This document shows, piece after piece, positions 16,556-25,121 of a stretch of DNA of 37,561 bases (positions are counted from its first letter, which is position 1; the number at the start of each line of letters is the position of its first letter). The notes beneath the pieces were generated by a model that had not been told where the DNA came from, ran no database searches, and saw nothing but the letters and a program-made list of their open reading frames with translations. Origin of the DNA: Armatimonadota bacterium (lineage in GTDB: Bacteria; Armatimonadota; UBA5829; DTLH01); the NCBI GenBank assembly GCA_039679675.1, contig JBDKUN010000047.1, positions 1-37,561 of the forward strand. Direction: 5' to 3'. Position numbers and translations under genes: made by a program.

Positions 16556-17470
16556 ATGCCGAACTCGATAATCATTGAAGTGCTTGTTGTAATTGTGCTT
16601 GCCATAGCAGCATATCTCGTTGCAAGGAGGCAAAAGGCAGCCCAGGAGGTCTCCAGTTGGCTCGGGATGCTTGGAGTTATGTTGAAATCAGGGGTCAGCA
16701 TCAAGCATGCGCTTCAAACCCTGGCTGTGGAGCCTAAAACCCGCAAATTCGCACGGATTACTAATGAGATTCAGAAAGGTATAGAAGACGGGGATTCGTT
16801 ATCCGGCGTAATCCAAATCTTAAGTTGCTGTAGAACGAAGAGATTTCTGAGCGGTGCAGCCATCCTTGCGATTGAGGAAGCAGAAAAGAGCGGAAATCTG
16901 CCGGATGTTCTGATTGATCTGAGCAGATTCAATATGAAATATCTGCCGTCAATGTCACAGACTGATGAGGAGCAAGATGCACCTATCATCGAAATTCCTC
17001 ACGTTTCGAAGCCGATTCAAGCTCCAACCGAAAACACAAATATTTCTGATGCAATAGATAGCTTTGGAAATATTGGGGACCTCTCCGAACATCAAGATGA
17101 CAGTCGTCCAATATACCATTTCGACGACACACCACTTTCTAGGATAGTTACGACTATCATAACAGGCGCAATATCTAAGGGCTTCAGTGAGATTAGGTTT
17201 GCGTCCAAACCCATGGGGATGACGGTTCTATATGCAAAAGACAATGAAGAACCCAGAGAGGTAATGCCCCTTCCTAAATATATAGAGCAGCCCATCAGAA
17301 ACAAGTTTTTGAAGCTTGCGGACATCCCTTATTGGTTTAAAACCGATGAGACAGGTGAGTTTACGTTAAGATTTTCAGATAAGCTGTATCAGCTCAAGGT
17401 CTTTTCAACCCCAACTGATCTCCAGACGTTTATACGCATTGTAATACAAAAAATGAGCGATGAAGAATAG
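16556..17470 (+). CDS. Type II secretion/T4P F-domain (PilC/GspF) protein fused to a PilB/GspE N2-like domain
   Basis: N-terminal TM. LGVMLKSGVSI..AL...IEDGDSLS...AEKSGNLPDVL is a T2SSF domain. The C-terminal DDTPLSRIV..II..AI..G.SEI...KL.DI...STPT resembles a degenerate PilB/GspE N2D. No Walker A. Confidence 0.72.
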   Translation: MPNSIIIEVLVVIVLAIAAYLVARRQKAAQEVSSWLGMLGVMLKSGVSIKHALQTLAVEPKTRKFARITNEIQKGIEDGDSLSGVIQILSCCRTKRFLSGAAILAIEEAEKSGNLPDVLIDLSRFNMKYLPSMSQTDEEQDAPIIEIPHVSKPIQAPTENTNISDAIDSFGNIGDLSEHQDDSRPIYHFDDTPLSRIVTTIITGAISKGFSEIRFASKPMGMTVLYAKDNEEPREVMPLPKYIEQPIRNKFLKLADIPYWFKTDETGEFTLRFSDKLYQLKVFSTPTDLQTFIRIVIQKMSDEE

Positions 17471-17487
17471 AATCCTCATCGCTCATT
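17452..17487. terminator. Hairpin between convergent genes (probable bidirectional terminator)
   Basis: AATGAGCGATGA (17452-17463) / TCATCGCTCATT (17476-17487). Confidence 0.6.
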
Positions 17488-17509
17488 CCAAAATCATATT
17501 AACTCGTTT

Positions 17510-18586
17510 CTACTCTTCTTCACCGCTCGATTGCAGCCGGTCGGCCTGGTCTTCGCTTATCAGGTGGTCGATCAGGTCCTGGATGTCTCCGTCCATAATC
17601 GCATCGAGCTTGTAGACCGTGTAGTTGATTCGGTGATCGGTCAGACGGCCCTGCGGGAAGTTATATGTCCGGCATTTGTCGCTTCTATCGCCTGAACGGA
17701 CCATAAGCCTTCTTTCGGAGGTCTCTTTCTCCTGTTGCGCCTGTCGCTCGCGTTCAAACAGATGGGTTCTCAGCATTGTCATCGCCCGTTCCTTGTTCTG
17801 AAGCTGCGAGCGCTCGTCCTGGCATGAGACCACTATTCCTGTCGGCATATGCGTGATTCGGATAGCTGTCTCGTTCTTCTGGACATTCTGCCCACCTGCG
17901 CTCGACGAACGGAATGTATCGATTTTAAGGTCATCCAGGTTTATCTGGACGTCGATTTCTTCGGCTTCGGGCATTACGGCGACGGTTGCCGCCGATGTGT
18001 GGATCCTGCCGCTCGACTCCGTTGTCGGAACCCGCTGGACGCGGTGGACGCCGGACTCGAATTTGAGCATGCTGTAAGCTCCATGCCCCTTTATGCCGAG
18101 AACAGCTTCTTTATAGCCGCCGATTCCGGTGGGTGTGGCCGAAAGAAGCTCCGTCTTCCAGCCGCGGCGCTCCGCATAACGTTCGTACATCCTCAGCAGG
18201 TCACCCGCAAAAAGTGCCGCCTCTTCACCGCCCGTTCCCGCGCGGATTTCCAGAATGACGTTCTTTTCGTCGTTCGGGTCCTTAGGCAGAAGCATAACTT
18301 TAAGCTCCTGGCCCAGTGATTCCAAACGTTCCTTCAGATCGTTCAGCTCAGACTGAGCGAGTTTGTGGAGTTCGTCCTCCATAGGCTCATTCAGCATCTG
18401 TTCCGTGTCCCGGATCTGCCTTTTGACGTCCTTATACTCTTTAAATTTCATCACTATCTCGGACAGGTCCGAATGCGCTTTGGCTATATGGCTGAATTCC
18501 TGCGGGTTGGATATGACATCCGGGTCACTCAGCCGCTCGCTAAGCTCATCGTATCTATCTTCGACTTCTTGTAACTTTGCAAACAT
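17510..18586 (-). CDS. prfA: Peptide chain release factor 1
   Basis: GTGGEEA, ESGVHRVQRVPTTES (PxT), GGQ and TYNFPQGR motifs. Confidence 0.97.
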   Translation of the reverse strand: MFAKLQEVEDRYDELSERLSDPDVISNPQEFSHIAKAHSDLSEIVMKFKEYKDVKRQIRDTEQMLNEPMEDELHKLAQSELNDLKERLESLGQELKVMLLPKDPNDEKNVILEIRAGTGGEEAALFAGDLLRMYERYAERRGWKTELLSATPTGIGGYKEAVLGIKGHGAYSMLKFESGVHRVQRVPTTESSGRIHTSAATVAVMPEAEEIDVQINLDDLKIDTFRSSSAGGQNVQKNETAIRITHMPTGIVVSCQDERSQLQNKERAMTMLRTHLFERERQAQQEKETSERRLMVRSGDRSDKCRTYNFPQGRLTDHRINYTVYKLDAIMDGDIQDLIDHLISEDQADRLQSSGEEE

Positions 18587-18610
18587 TTTATTTATCTCTT
18601 AAAGAGGCTA

Positions 18611-19831
18611 TTAGCTGCCGATACTACTCGCCAGTTTCTCTTCTGCCTCGCGTACGCATTGCAGGGATTTGATGGAAACTTCCAACTGGTCGTCACTCGG
18701 TTCCTGTGTCGTTATACGCTGCATAAGAAGCCCCGGCCCGAGGACAAACCTCATCAACTTAGAGTCTTTCCTGCCGCCCGCGATCTTGATGACTTCGTAG
18801 GCGATTCCCGCCACTACAGGAAGCAGCAGAATCTTATAAATGAACCGCAGCAATACACTTTTCCATGATATAAAGGAAAAGATCAGGATGCTGACGAAAA
18901 TCACGATCAGAAGAAAGCTCGTTCCACATCTGACGTGGACAGTGCTATACTTTCGCACGTTTTCCACCGTCAACTCTTCTCCTGCCTCGAATGCGTTTAT
19001 CACTTTGTGTTCAGCACCGTGATATTCGAACACTCGATGGATCTGATCCCAGCGGGAGATGCCCCATATATACAGGAAAAGAAACGCGAGCTTTATTCCG
19101 CCTTCGAAAAGCCCTTTCCAAACCTGGCTGTTGGTCACATGTCCCAGCGCCAGCTTGGTAAGAACGATAGGCAGGAACATGAACACTGCTATCGCAATAG
19201 CCATAGATATAAAGAGGGTTATATTGAGCGTAATGTCATTCGCATTGCCTGTAGCGCTCTGCACTTCTTCCGGCGGGCCTGCAATCGCTGACCACTTCAG
19301 ATAACCCATCCCAAGAATAAGCACGAGTGCTAATCTGAAAGCGCTTTTATACTTGATAACAGTGCCGACCCAGCCGGAAGCTGCAAACCACTTCGTAAGC
19401 AGCGCAGGGGCAAAAAAGACAATTCCAATGGCAAGAAGCGCAAGAATCGACGTAACAACCAGATAGGCAGTTTTGCCCATCTTTATGGACTTCTCTCTGG
19501 TCAGATTGCGTTTGCTATTCGCGTCACTGCCTTCCTCTGCCGCTATTTTCGCCTCTTCATCCGCCATTGCGAGGTTTCCGGCCCACATCAGCGACTTCAT
19601 GCCGAGGAACATGGAATCTATCATCGCCAGCGTGCCACGAAGCAATGGTCGGTTCAGCCATTTCAGCTTACCGAGAATACTGTTTTCTACATGCTCAACG
19701 GTAGTTTCGATCTCGCCGTTCATGCGCCGGCAAGCTATGGCAAAATGGTCCTTGCCGCGCATCATAATGCCTTCTATGACGGCTTGGCCGCCGTAACGAT
19801 AGCTGTTTGTGCTCTTTTCGGCCAACTTCAT
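18611..19831 (-). CDS. DUF1385 (YqhQ-like) membrane protein, extended form
   Basis: GGQAVIEGIMMRG, YHGAEHK, RCGTSF and TTQEP motifs. Typical rpmE-DUF1385-prfA context. Confidence 0.92.
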   Translation of the reverse strand: MKLAEKSTNSYRYGGQAVIEGIMMRGKDHFAIACRRMNGEIETTVEHVENSILGKLKWLNRPLLRGTLAMIDSMFLGMKSLMWAGNLAMADEEAKIAAEEGSDANSKRNLTREKSIKMGKTAYLVVTSILALLAIGIVFFAPALLTKWFAASGWVGTVIKYKSAFRLALVLILGMGYLKWSAIAGPPEEVQSATGNANDITLNITLFISMAIAIAVFMFLPIVLTKLALGHVTNSQVWKGLFEGGIKLAFLFLYIWGISRWDQIHRVFEYHGAEHKVINAFEAGEELTVENVRKYSTVHVRCGTSFLLIVIFVSILIFSFISWKSVLLRFIYKILLLPVVAGIAYEVIKIAGGRKDSKLMRFVLGPGLLMQRITTQEPSDDQLEVSIKSLQCVREAEEKLASSIGS

Positions 19832-19844
19832 GTCCTATTCCGGC

Positions 19845-19898
19845 AAAAGAAAAAGGAAGCGCACTGCCCGACAATGCCGAACAGTTCATGCCGCTTCC
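19845..19898 (-). terminator. Intrinsic terminator/attenuator between rpmE and the DUF1385 gene
   Basis: Minus strand GGAAGCG...CGCTTCC hairpin followed by TTTTTCTTTT. Confidence 0.65.
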
Positions 19899-19920
19899 CT
19901 GAGTACTTCGATTAAATTAG

Positions 19921-20139
<219 letters not shown>

Positions 20140-20203
20140 CGTTCACCTTCCGTAACGTACTTACCGCCCAGCTCCGCAAACACGGACTGGACGGTGACAT
20201 ATG

Positions 20204-20233
20204 ATTATACCATGCATAAATCAAGATTGGCAA
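20204..20233 (-). promoter_or_regulatory. rpmE promoter
   Basis: TTGCCA - 18 nt - TATAAT with extended TG. Confidence 0.65.
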
Positions 20234-20360
20234 TGCGGACGCCTCTTCCGTTTTTAAAGAACCTGGAAAATCTGCTGAATTAGTCCTCCTGTGTTGGTTT
20301 TACACTCAAACTCGAAACTCTCCCGGAAGGAGTTTTGCCTAAAACAATGCTTAATACTCG

Positions 20361-21626
20361 TTACATCAACTGGCAAAACTCTGTAGGTGTTACATAGCGC
20401 CGGGTCGCATAGTAACCAAATGCGGCAGCCATCAGACATACAATCCCGCCGAGTATGATCGGTGCCCTTCCTCCCATTGTGTCGGCAATCCAGCCTGTAA
20501 GCGGCCCGCCGATAGGTGTTGTGCCCATCTGCAGCACCGACTGCAACGCGAGCACCCGTCCAATCATTTCGTGTTTGGTTTCGACCTGCACGATTGTGGT
20601 ATTTGCGGTCGTGTAGAGAATACTGGAGAGGCCGACGATGAAGATTACCGGAACGGCAAGGCCGACCCCGGACACGGACGCAAGCAGAAGCATTGCAATA
20701 CCGAGTGCAACAGCCCCGAAGATGACATGGCGCATCTGGACCAGGTTTCGGTGGGCGACCACGAGCGCACTTACCAATGCACCAAAGCTGAAGATCGAGT
20801 AAAGGATGGTGTATACCCCTTCACTCTTATGCAGTACACCCGTAACAAAGATCGGCAGGGTGACGTTGAAGTTGTACGCCAGCGTGCCGATGGCTGCCAG
20901 CATAGCGAAAGTAATCCACAGCATCGGCACGGACCTGACATAACGCAGCCCCTCGCGGACGCTGCCCTTTACACGTGTGGTAAGCGGCTCACGGTAAAGC
21001 TCTCCCGGCCGCATGATGTACAGGCAGAAAAGCACTGCCAAGTACGTGCTGGCGTCGATTGTGAAACACCATCCATATCCCAACGTTACTACCAGCAGAC
21101 CTGCCAGCGCAGGGCCGAAGATGCGCGACACATTGACGATAGTGCTGTAGAGCACGACAGCGTTCGGAATATCCTCGGCTGGAACCATCTCTGAGAGGAA
21201 TGAACGCCGGAGCGGGTTGTCGAATGACAGCAGGGTTCCTCCGCAGGCAGCCAGTATGTATAATCCGGCAAGCGGCGGATGCTTCATGAAGGCCAGTGTG
21301 GCGAGCCCTATTGACTGGGTCATCTCCAGACTCTGCGTCAAGAGCAGCATGCGCTGCTTATCCAACCGGTCGGCAAAAGTCCCTGCCCATGCCGAAAGCA
21401 GCAGGACCGGGCCATACTGGCAGGCAGTAAGCAGCCCTACTGCCAGACCGCTCTTTGTAAGTTTGAGCACCAGCAGGATAAGGGCGACGTTAGTAAGCCA
21501 ATTGCCCGTGTTTGAGATCATCTGGCCGATGAAGAAGAGCTTGAAATTGCGGTGTCTGAGAGAAATAAAGGTCTCCTTTATTATGCGGCTGAACCACGAG
21601 CCGCTGGCAGGGGCGTTTTCGTTCAT
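20361..21626 (-). CDS. MFS transporter (MFS_3/DHA3-like)
   Basis: 12 TM. SLRHRNFKLFF, GTFADRLDKQR (motif A), SRIFGPALAG and IGRVLA. ATG at 21626 after GGAGG. Confidence 0.93.
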   Translation of the reverse strand: MNENAPASGSWFSRIIKETFISLRHRNFKLFFIGQMISNTGNWLTNVALILLVLKLTKSGLAVGLLTACQYGPVLLLSAWAGTFADRLDKQRMLLLTQSLEMTQSIGLATLAFMKHPPLAGLYILAACGGTLLSFDNPLRRSFLSEMVPAEDIPNAVVLYSTIVNVSRIFGPALAGLLVVTLGYGWCFTIDASTYLAVLFCLYIMRPGELYREPLTTRVKGSVREGLRYVRSVPMLWITFAMLAAIGTLAYNFNVTLPIFVTGVLHKSEGVYTILYSIFSFGALVSALVVAHRNLVQMRHVIFGAVALGIAMLLLASVSGVGLAVPVIFIVGLSSILYTTANTTIVQVETKHEMIGRVLALQSVLQMGTTPIGGPLTGWIADTMGGRAPIILGGIVCLMAAAFGYYATRRYVTPTEFCQLM

Positions 21627-21643
21627 TATTCCTCCATGCATGG

Positions 21644-22093
21644 TCAGCGGTCGGCGTCGGCCAGCCGTTCCAGAAGTTCGATGGCTTTATCGAGTGAACC
21701 AAGCTCTTCAGCGTCAATTGTCGAATCGATAGCGCGGACCAGCCAGGCGTTTCGCGAGGCGATCATCGACTCCCGCAGTCGTAGTCCAGCATCCGTTATG
21801 CTGATCAATGTCTTTCGTCCGTCGTTCGGATCAGCGTCGGCCTGGACCAGACCTGCCGATTTCAGAATTGTGAGAATCTGTGCGATGGCCTGCTGGCTGA
21901 CATGCTCGGCTGTAGCCAGCGAGGCGGCTGTTGCAGGGCCGTTTCGGTTTAGGCGGTGAAGGATACAAAGTTGTGAGATGGACAGCCCTGTGGAGTCTGC
22001 ATGCGACTCCTCGCGCAGCCGCGATTTCAAGCGTTTGACCGCCAAAACCAGCCTGATTGCTATTTCGTTTTTGTCATTCGGAATGTTCAGCAT
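21644..22093 (-). CDS. MarR-family transcriptional regulator
   Basis: GLSISQL...L...GLV...DPNDGRKTLISITDAG winged-helix signature. Confidence 0.94.
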   Translation of the reverse strand: MLNIPNDKNEIAIRLVLAVKRLKSRLREESHADSTGLSISQLCILHRLNRNGPATAASLATAEHVSQQAIAQILTILKSAGLVQADADPNDGRKTLISITDAGLRLRESMIASRNAWLVRAIDSTIDAEELGSLDKAIELLERLADADR

Positions 22094-22099
22094 AAACTT

Positions 22100-22137
22100 A
22101 TACTAACATAAACAAGTAACTTGTGCAAGTTACTTGT
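22100..22137 (-). promoter_or_regulatory. marR promoter with overlapping double palindromic operator
   Basis: TTGCAC (22128-22123) - 17 nt - TAGTAT (22105-22100), 6 nt before the ATG. Palindrome ACAAGTAACTTGTGCAAGTTACTTGT at 22112-22137. Confidence 0.75.
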
Positions 22138-22179
22138 GGAAAATATTTGTATTAACCCATATAAATGATTTTCCGCGAT

Positions 22180-22359
22180 GTAAGTATTCAGAGTTGATGA
22201 GTACAACATCATTCCGAGCTACCATAACGTCATGCTGAGCTTGACTCAGCATCCAGGAAGACAATGGACCCTGAATCAAGTTCAGGGTGACGTCCTTCCC
22301 TGATGATGTGTTGGTTATTCAGGTCGATGTATAATTTCTCATCAAGAGTGAACTCTTAC
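22180..22359. mobile_element. MITE/REPIN-like element, copy 2 (180 bp, inverted relative to copy 1)
   Basis: Ends GTAAGTATTCA / TGAACTCTTAC. CGTC hairpins at 22228-22253 and 22267-22292. Aligns end to end with 705-971. Confidence 0.8.
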
Positions 22360-22455
22360 CTTCGAGTTTGACAGAGGCTTTGCGGCAATAGTATAAAGTA
22401 TCGTGCGTTGGAAACCGTTTCGGGAGTGATTAGGGATTGAACAGGTGGATGACAA

Positions 22456-23676
22456 GTGAAAAAGCATGATATAGCGGTCATTGGGGCAGGTCCTGCCGGG
22501 ATAATGGCAGCTATTACCGCTTCCAGGAACGGCAAGCGCGTTATTTTGATAGACAGGAACCCTCAGCTCGGTCGAAAGCTCTACTCCACCGGAAATGGGC
22601 GCTGCAATCTGACCAATACGGACGTCACCGCAGACCGCTACCACGGCGCGAGCCCTGAGTTTATCCAAACCGTAATCAGCCAGTTCGACCAGCACGACAC
22701 AATGGAATTCTTCCGAAATCTGGGGCTTATTCTGAAAGAAGAAGACGGCGGAAGGGTCTTTCCGCGCACAAACCAGGCTTCGAGCGTTGTTGAAGTGCTT
22801 GAGCAGGCCATTTCCCGCAGCAAAGTGGATGTTCTCCTCAGTGCGCAGGCCGTAAAAGTCGAGAAACCGAACATTTGGAAAATTTCTTTAGCTGATGGGA
22901 GGCAGATCAGTGCTGATGACCTTATAATAGCGACCGGCGGAAGGGCCGCGCATCACCTCGGTTCCACCGGCGATGGGCTTTACTGGGCTGAGAAGCTTGG
23001 GCACACACTTACACCGATTCATGCGGCACTCGTCCCAATCGAGACCGCCGATGAGTGGCCGAAAGAGGTGCAGGGTATCAAAGTCGAGGCGCATGTCTGG
23101 GCTACGAGCGGCGATGAGAAGATCAGCGAGAGTTCCGGCGACCTGCTTTTTACCGGTTACGGGGTGTCAGGCCCCGCCGTGATGGCCCAGGCCGGGAGTA
23201 TCGCGCCGCTCCTCAAAACTTCGGAGGTGATGCTTCACATCGACCTCTTTTCTGACTTGACGGAAGATGATCTGGACCGGATAGTCCTGCAGTCCTTCCA
23301 GAACGGCGCAAAGACGGCGGTCAGAGATTCATTGGTAGGCATTTTGCCCAAAGCATTGATTCCAATTGTCCTCAAGTTCGCCGGAGTAGATGAAACCGGG
23401 CATGCAGGGGATGTTTCCAGACGCAATCGGTTGAAGGTAGTGAGAGTTATGAAAGACATGACCCTCACTGTTTCGAAGCTCCGTCCGCTGAAAGAAGCCC
23501 AGGTCACGGCAGGCGGAGTAGATACAAAAGAGATCGACGCCCGGACCTTGCAGTCGAAATTGGTAGAAAATCCCTACTTTGCCGGTGAAGTCATAGATGT
23601 GGACGGCGACTCCGGCGGGTTCAACCTGCAATGGGCCTGGTCCAGCGGGTACGTGGCGGGGATGGTCGGAAAGTAG
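22456..23676 (+). CDS. HI0933/BaiN-family NAD(P)/FAD-dependent oxidoreductase
   Basis: GAGPAG, GRKLYSTGNGRCNLTN, GRVFP, ATGG, GVSGP, VTAGGV and GGFNLQWAWSSG motifs. TTGACA at 22368-22373. Confidence 0.95.
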   Translation: MKKHDIAVIGAGPAGIMAAITASRNGKRVILIDRNPQLGRKLYSTGNGRCNLTNTDVTADRYHGASPEFIQTVISQFDQHDTMEFFRNLGLILKEEDGGRVFPRTNQASSVVEVLEQAISRSKVDVLLSAQAVKVEKPNIWKISLADGRQISADDLIIATGGRAAHHLGSTGDGLYWAEKLGHTLTPIHAALVPIETADEWPKEVQGIKVEAHVWATSGDEKISESSGDLLFTGYGVSGPAVMAQAGSIAPLLKTSEVMLHIDLFSDLTEDDLDRIVLQSFQNGAKTAVRDSLVGILPKALIPIVLKFAGVDETGHAGDVSRRNRLKVVRVMKDMTLTVSKLRPLKEAQVTAGGVDTKEIDARTLQSKLVENPYFAGEVIDVDGDSGGFNLQWAWSSGYVAGMVGK

Positions 23677-23810
23677 CTGGTAGGTCCCACTTTACTATCC
23701 CCCGAGCGAAAGAATTGGCAGTCCAGCCCTTGGAACGGCGGCCAATTTACTCTTCAGATACAACCCAAACCATAAATTCAGTATGAACAAAATGGGGCTA
23801 ATGTATAACC

Positions 23811-23839
23811 TTGACAGCAAGCTTGACTGGTAGTATAAA
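23811..23839 (+). promoter_or_regulatory. Sigma70 promoter of the TIR gene
   Basis: TTGACA (23811-23816) - 17 nt - TATAAA (23834-23839). AGGAG RBS at 23903-23907. Confidence 0.7.
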
Positions 23840-23915
23840 CGTAATGTGACCAATATGGTTCTGGGCAGTATGGTTATTCGTATATTGCCACTGAACGGCA
23901 AGAGGAGTATGCTTG

Positions 23916-25121
23916 ATGGCAAGACGAAACGGACAGTCCACAGATGAAGAGAAACCAATAAAGTTAAAAGACCTGAAGAGCAATGGCAATGATTCACTAA
24001 AGAAAAATTCATATATCTCACAAAGCGATGTTCCGAGGCATCCTCTTGCACAGGCTCTGAGAGTACCAAGAGCTATTGCTGATCATTACGGTTTTAAGCC
24101 AACAAAACCACTAGATGTGGCGGTAGCTCTTGGTGTGCAGCCTAATTCCAGTCAGTTCCGTACGATTTGTGGTGCAGCAATTGCCTACGGATTTACCAAA
24201 GGTGGCCCAAATGCTCTTGAAATATCTATAGAGCCACTTGGAATGCGCGTGGTACGTCCAACTGTTGAAGATGATGATATGGTGGCGAAGAGAGAAGCTC
24301 TGCAAAAACCACGAGTTATTGGGGAATTTCTCAAAAGATATAATCAGGCAACAATACCTCGCGAAGACATTGGGGCGAACGTTCTTATTGATCTTGGTGT
24401 ACCAGCAGAACGGGCAAGGGAAGTCTTCGAACTGATTATTGATGGAGCTGAATCTGTAGGTATGATCAAGACCATTAAAGGGAAACGATATCTTGACTTA
24501 ATGGCAGTGCCTATAAGTGATAATGGTGAGATGGAGCAAGAGGATCCAAGCACAAATCAATACGATGATAAAGAGAACTTTGTTAATACAAATGAAATAG
24601 CGGATAGGCAGGCTTTACAACCTAATCATCAGGACCAGCCGTTACCTAGTTTGGCGGATCGGCGGGTATTTTTAAGCCATGGTAAGAATAAAGTATTCAT
24701 TGAACCAATTAAGAAACTACTTGGGTTCGGACAGCTTGAGGCTGTAGTTTCAGTTGAGCGAACTTCTATTTCGCAGCCTGTACCAGATAAAGTAATCAGC
24801 GACATGCGCGGATGTGGAGCTGCAATCATTCACGTGGAACCTGAGGAATTTCTTAAAGATGAGACTGGATCAGATCGTGCTATCATAAATCCAAATGTCT
24901 TAATTGAAATTGGTGCTGCAATTGCACTGTATGGTCGGCGTTTCATTCTTCTTGTTAAAGATGGGGTAAAGCTGCCCTCTAACCTGCAAGGACTATTCGA
25001 GGTGCGATATTCAGGGAATGCACTTGACGCAGAAGCTACAATTAGGTTGCTTGAGGCTATTAATGACATTAAAAATCATCCTATGCCTAATCGCTATGTG
25101 AGTGATAAATCCGTGCCATAG
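23916..25121 (+). CDS. N-terminal helical/wHTH-like domain plus C-terminal CAP12/Pycsar-type TIR-like domain protein
   Basis: The C-terminal RRVFLSHG...AAII...NPNVLIEIGAA...LL...LPSNLQGL pattern matches the TIR-like (PF10137) family. Catalytic Glu codon at 24906-24908. AT-richer than its neighbours. Confidence 0.88.
   Translation: MARRNGQSTDEEKPIKLKDLKSNGNDSLKKNSYISQSDVPRHPLAQALRVPRAIADHYGFKPTKPLDVAVALGVQPNSSQFRTICGAAIAYGFTKGGPNALEISIEPLGMRVVRPTVEDDDMVAKREALQKPRVIGEFLKRYNQATIPREDIGANVLIDLGVPAERAREVFELIIDGAESVGMIKTIKGKRYLDLMAVPISDNGEMEQEDPSTNQYDDKENFVNTNEIADRQALQPNHQDQPLPSLADRRVFLSHGKNKVFIEPIKKLLGFGQLEAVVSVERTSISQPVPDKVISDMRGCGAAIIHVEPEEFLKDETGSDRAIINPNVLIEIGAAIALYGRRFILLVKDGVKLPSNLQGLFEVRYSGNALDAEATIRLLEAINDIKNHPMPNRYVSDKSVP

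Noticed and set aside
22172..22367. Target-site duplication for MITE copy 2
   Set aside because: The flanks TCCGCGAT and CTTCGAGT do not match, so an IS66-type assignment remains unproven.
23695..24069. Minus-strand 124-aa ORF opposite the TIR promoter
   Set aside because: It overlaps the TIR start and promoter, has low-complexity hydrophobic composition typical of AT-rich antisense frames, and matches no family I recognise.
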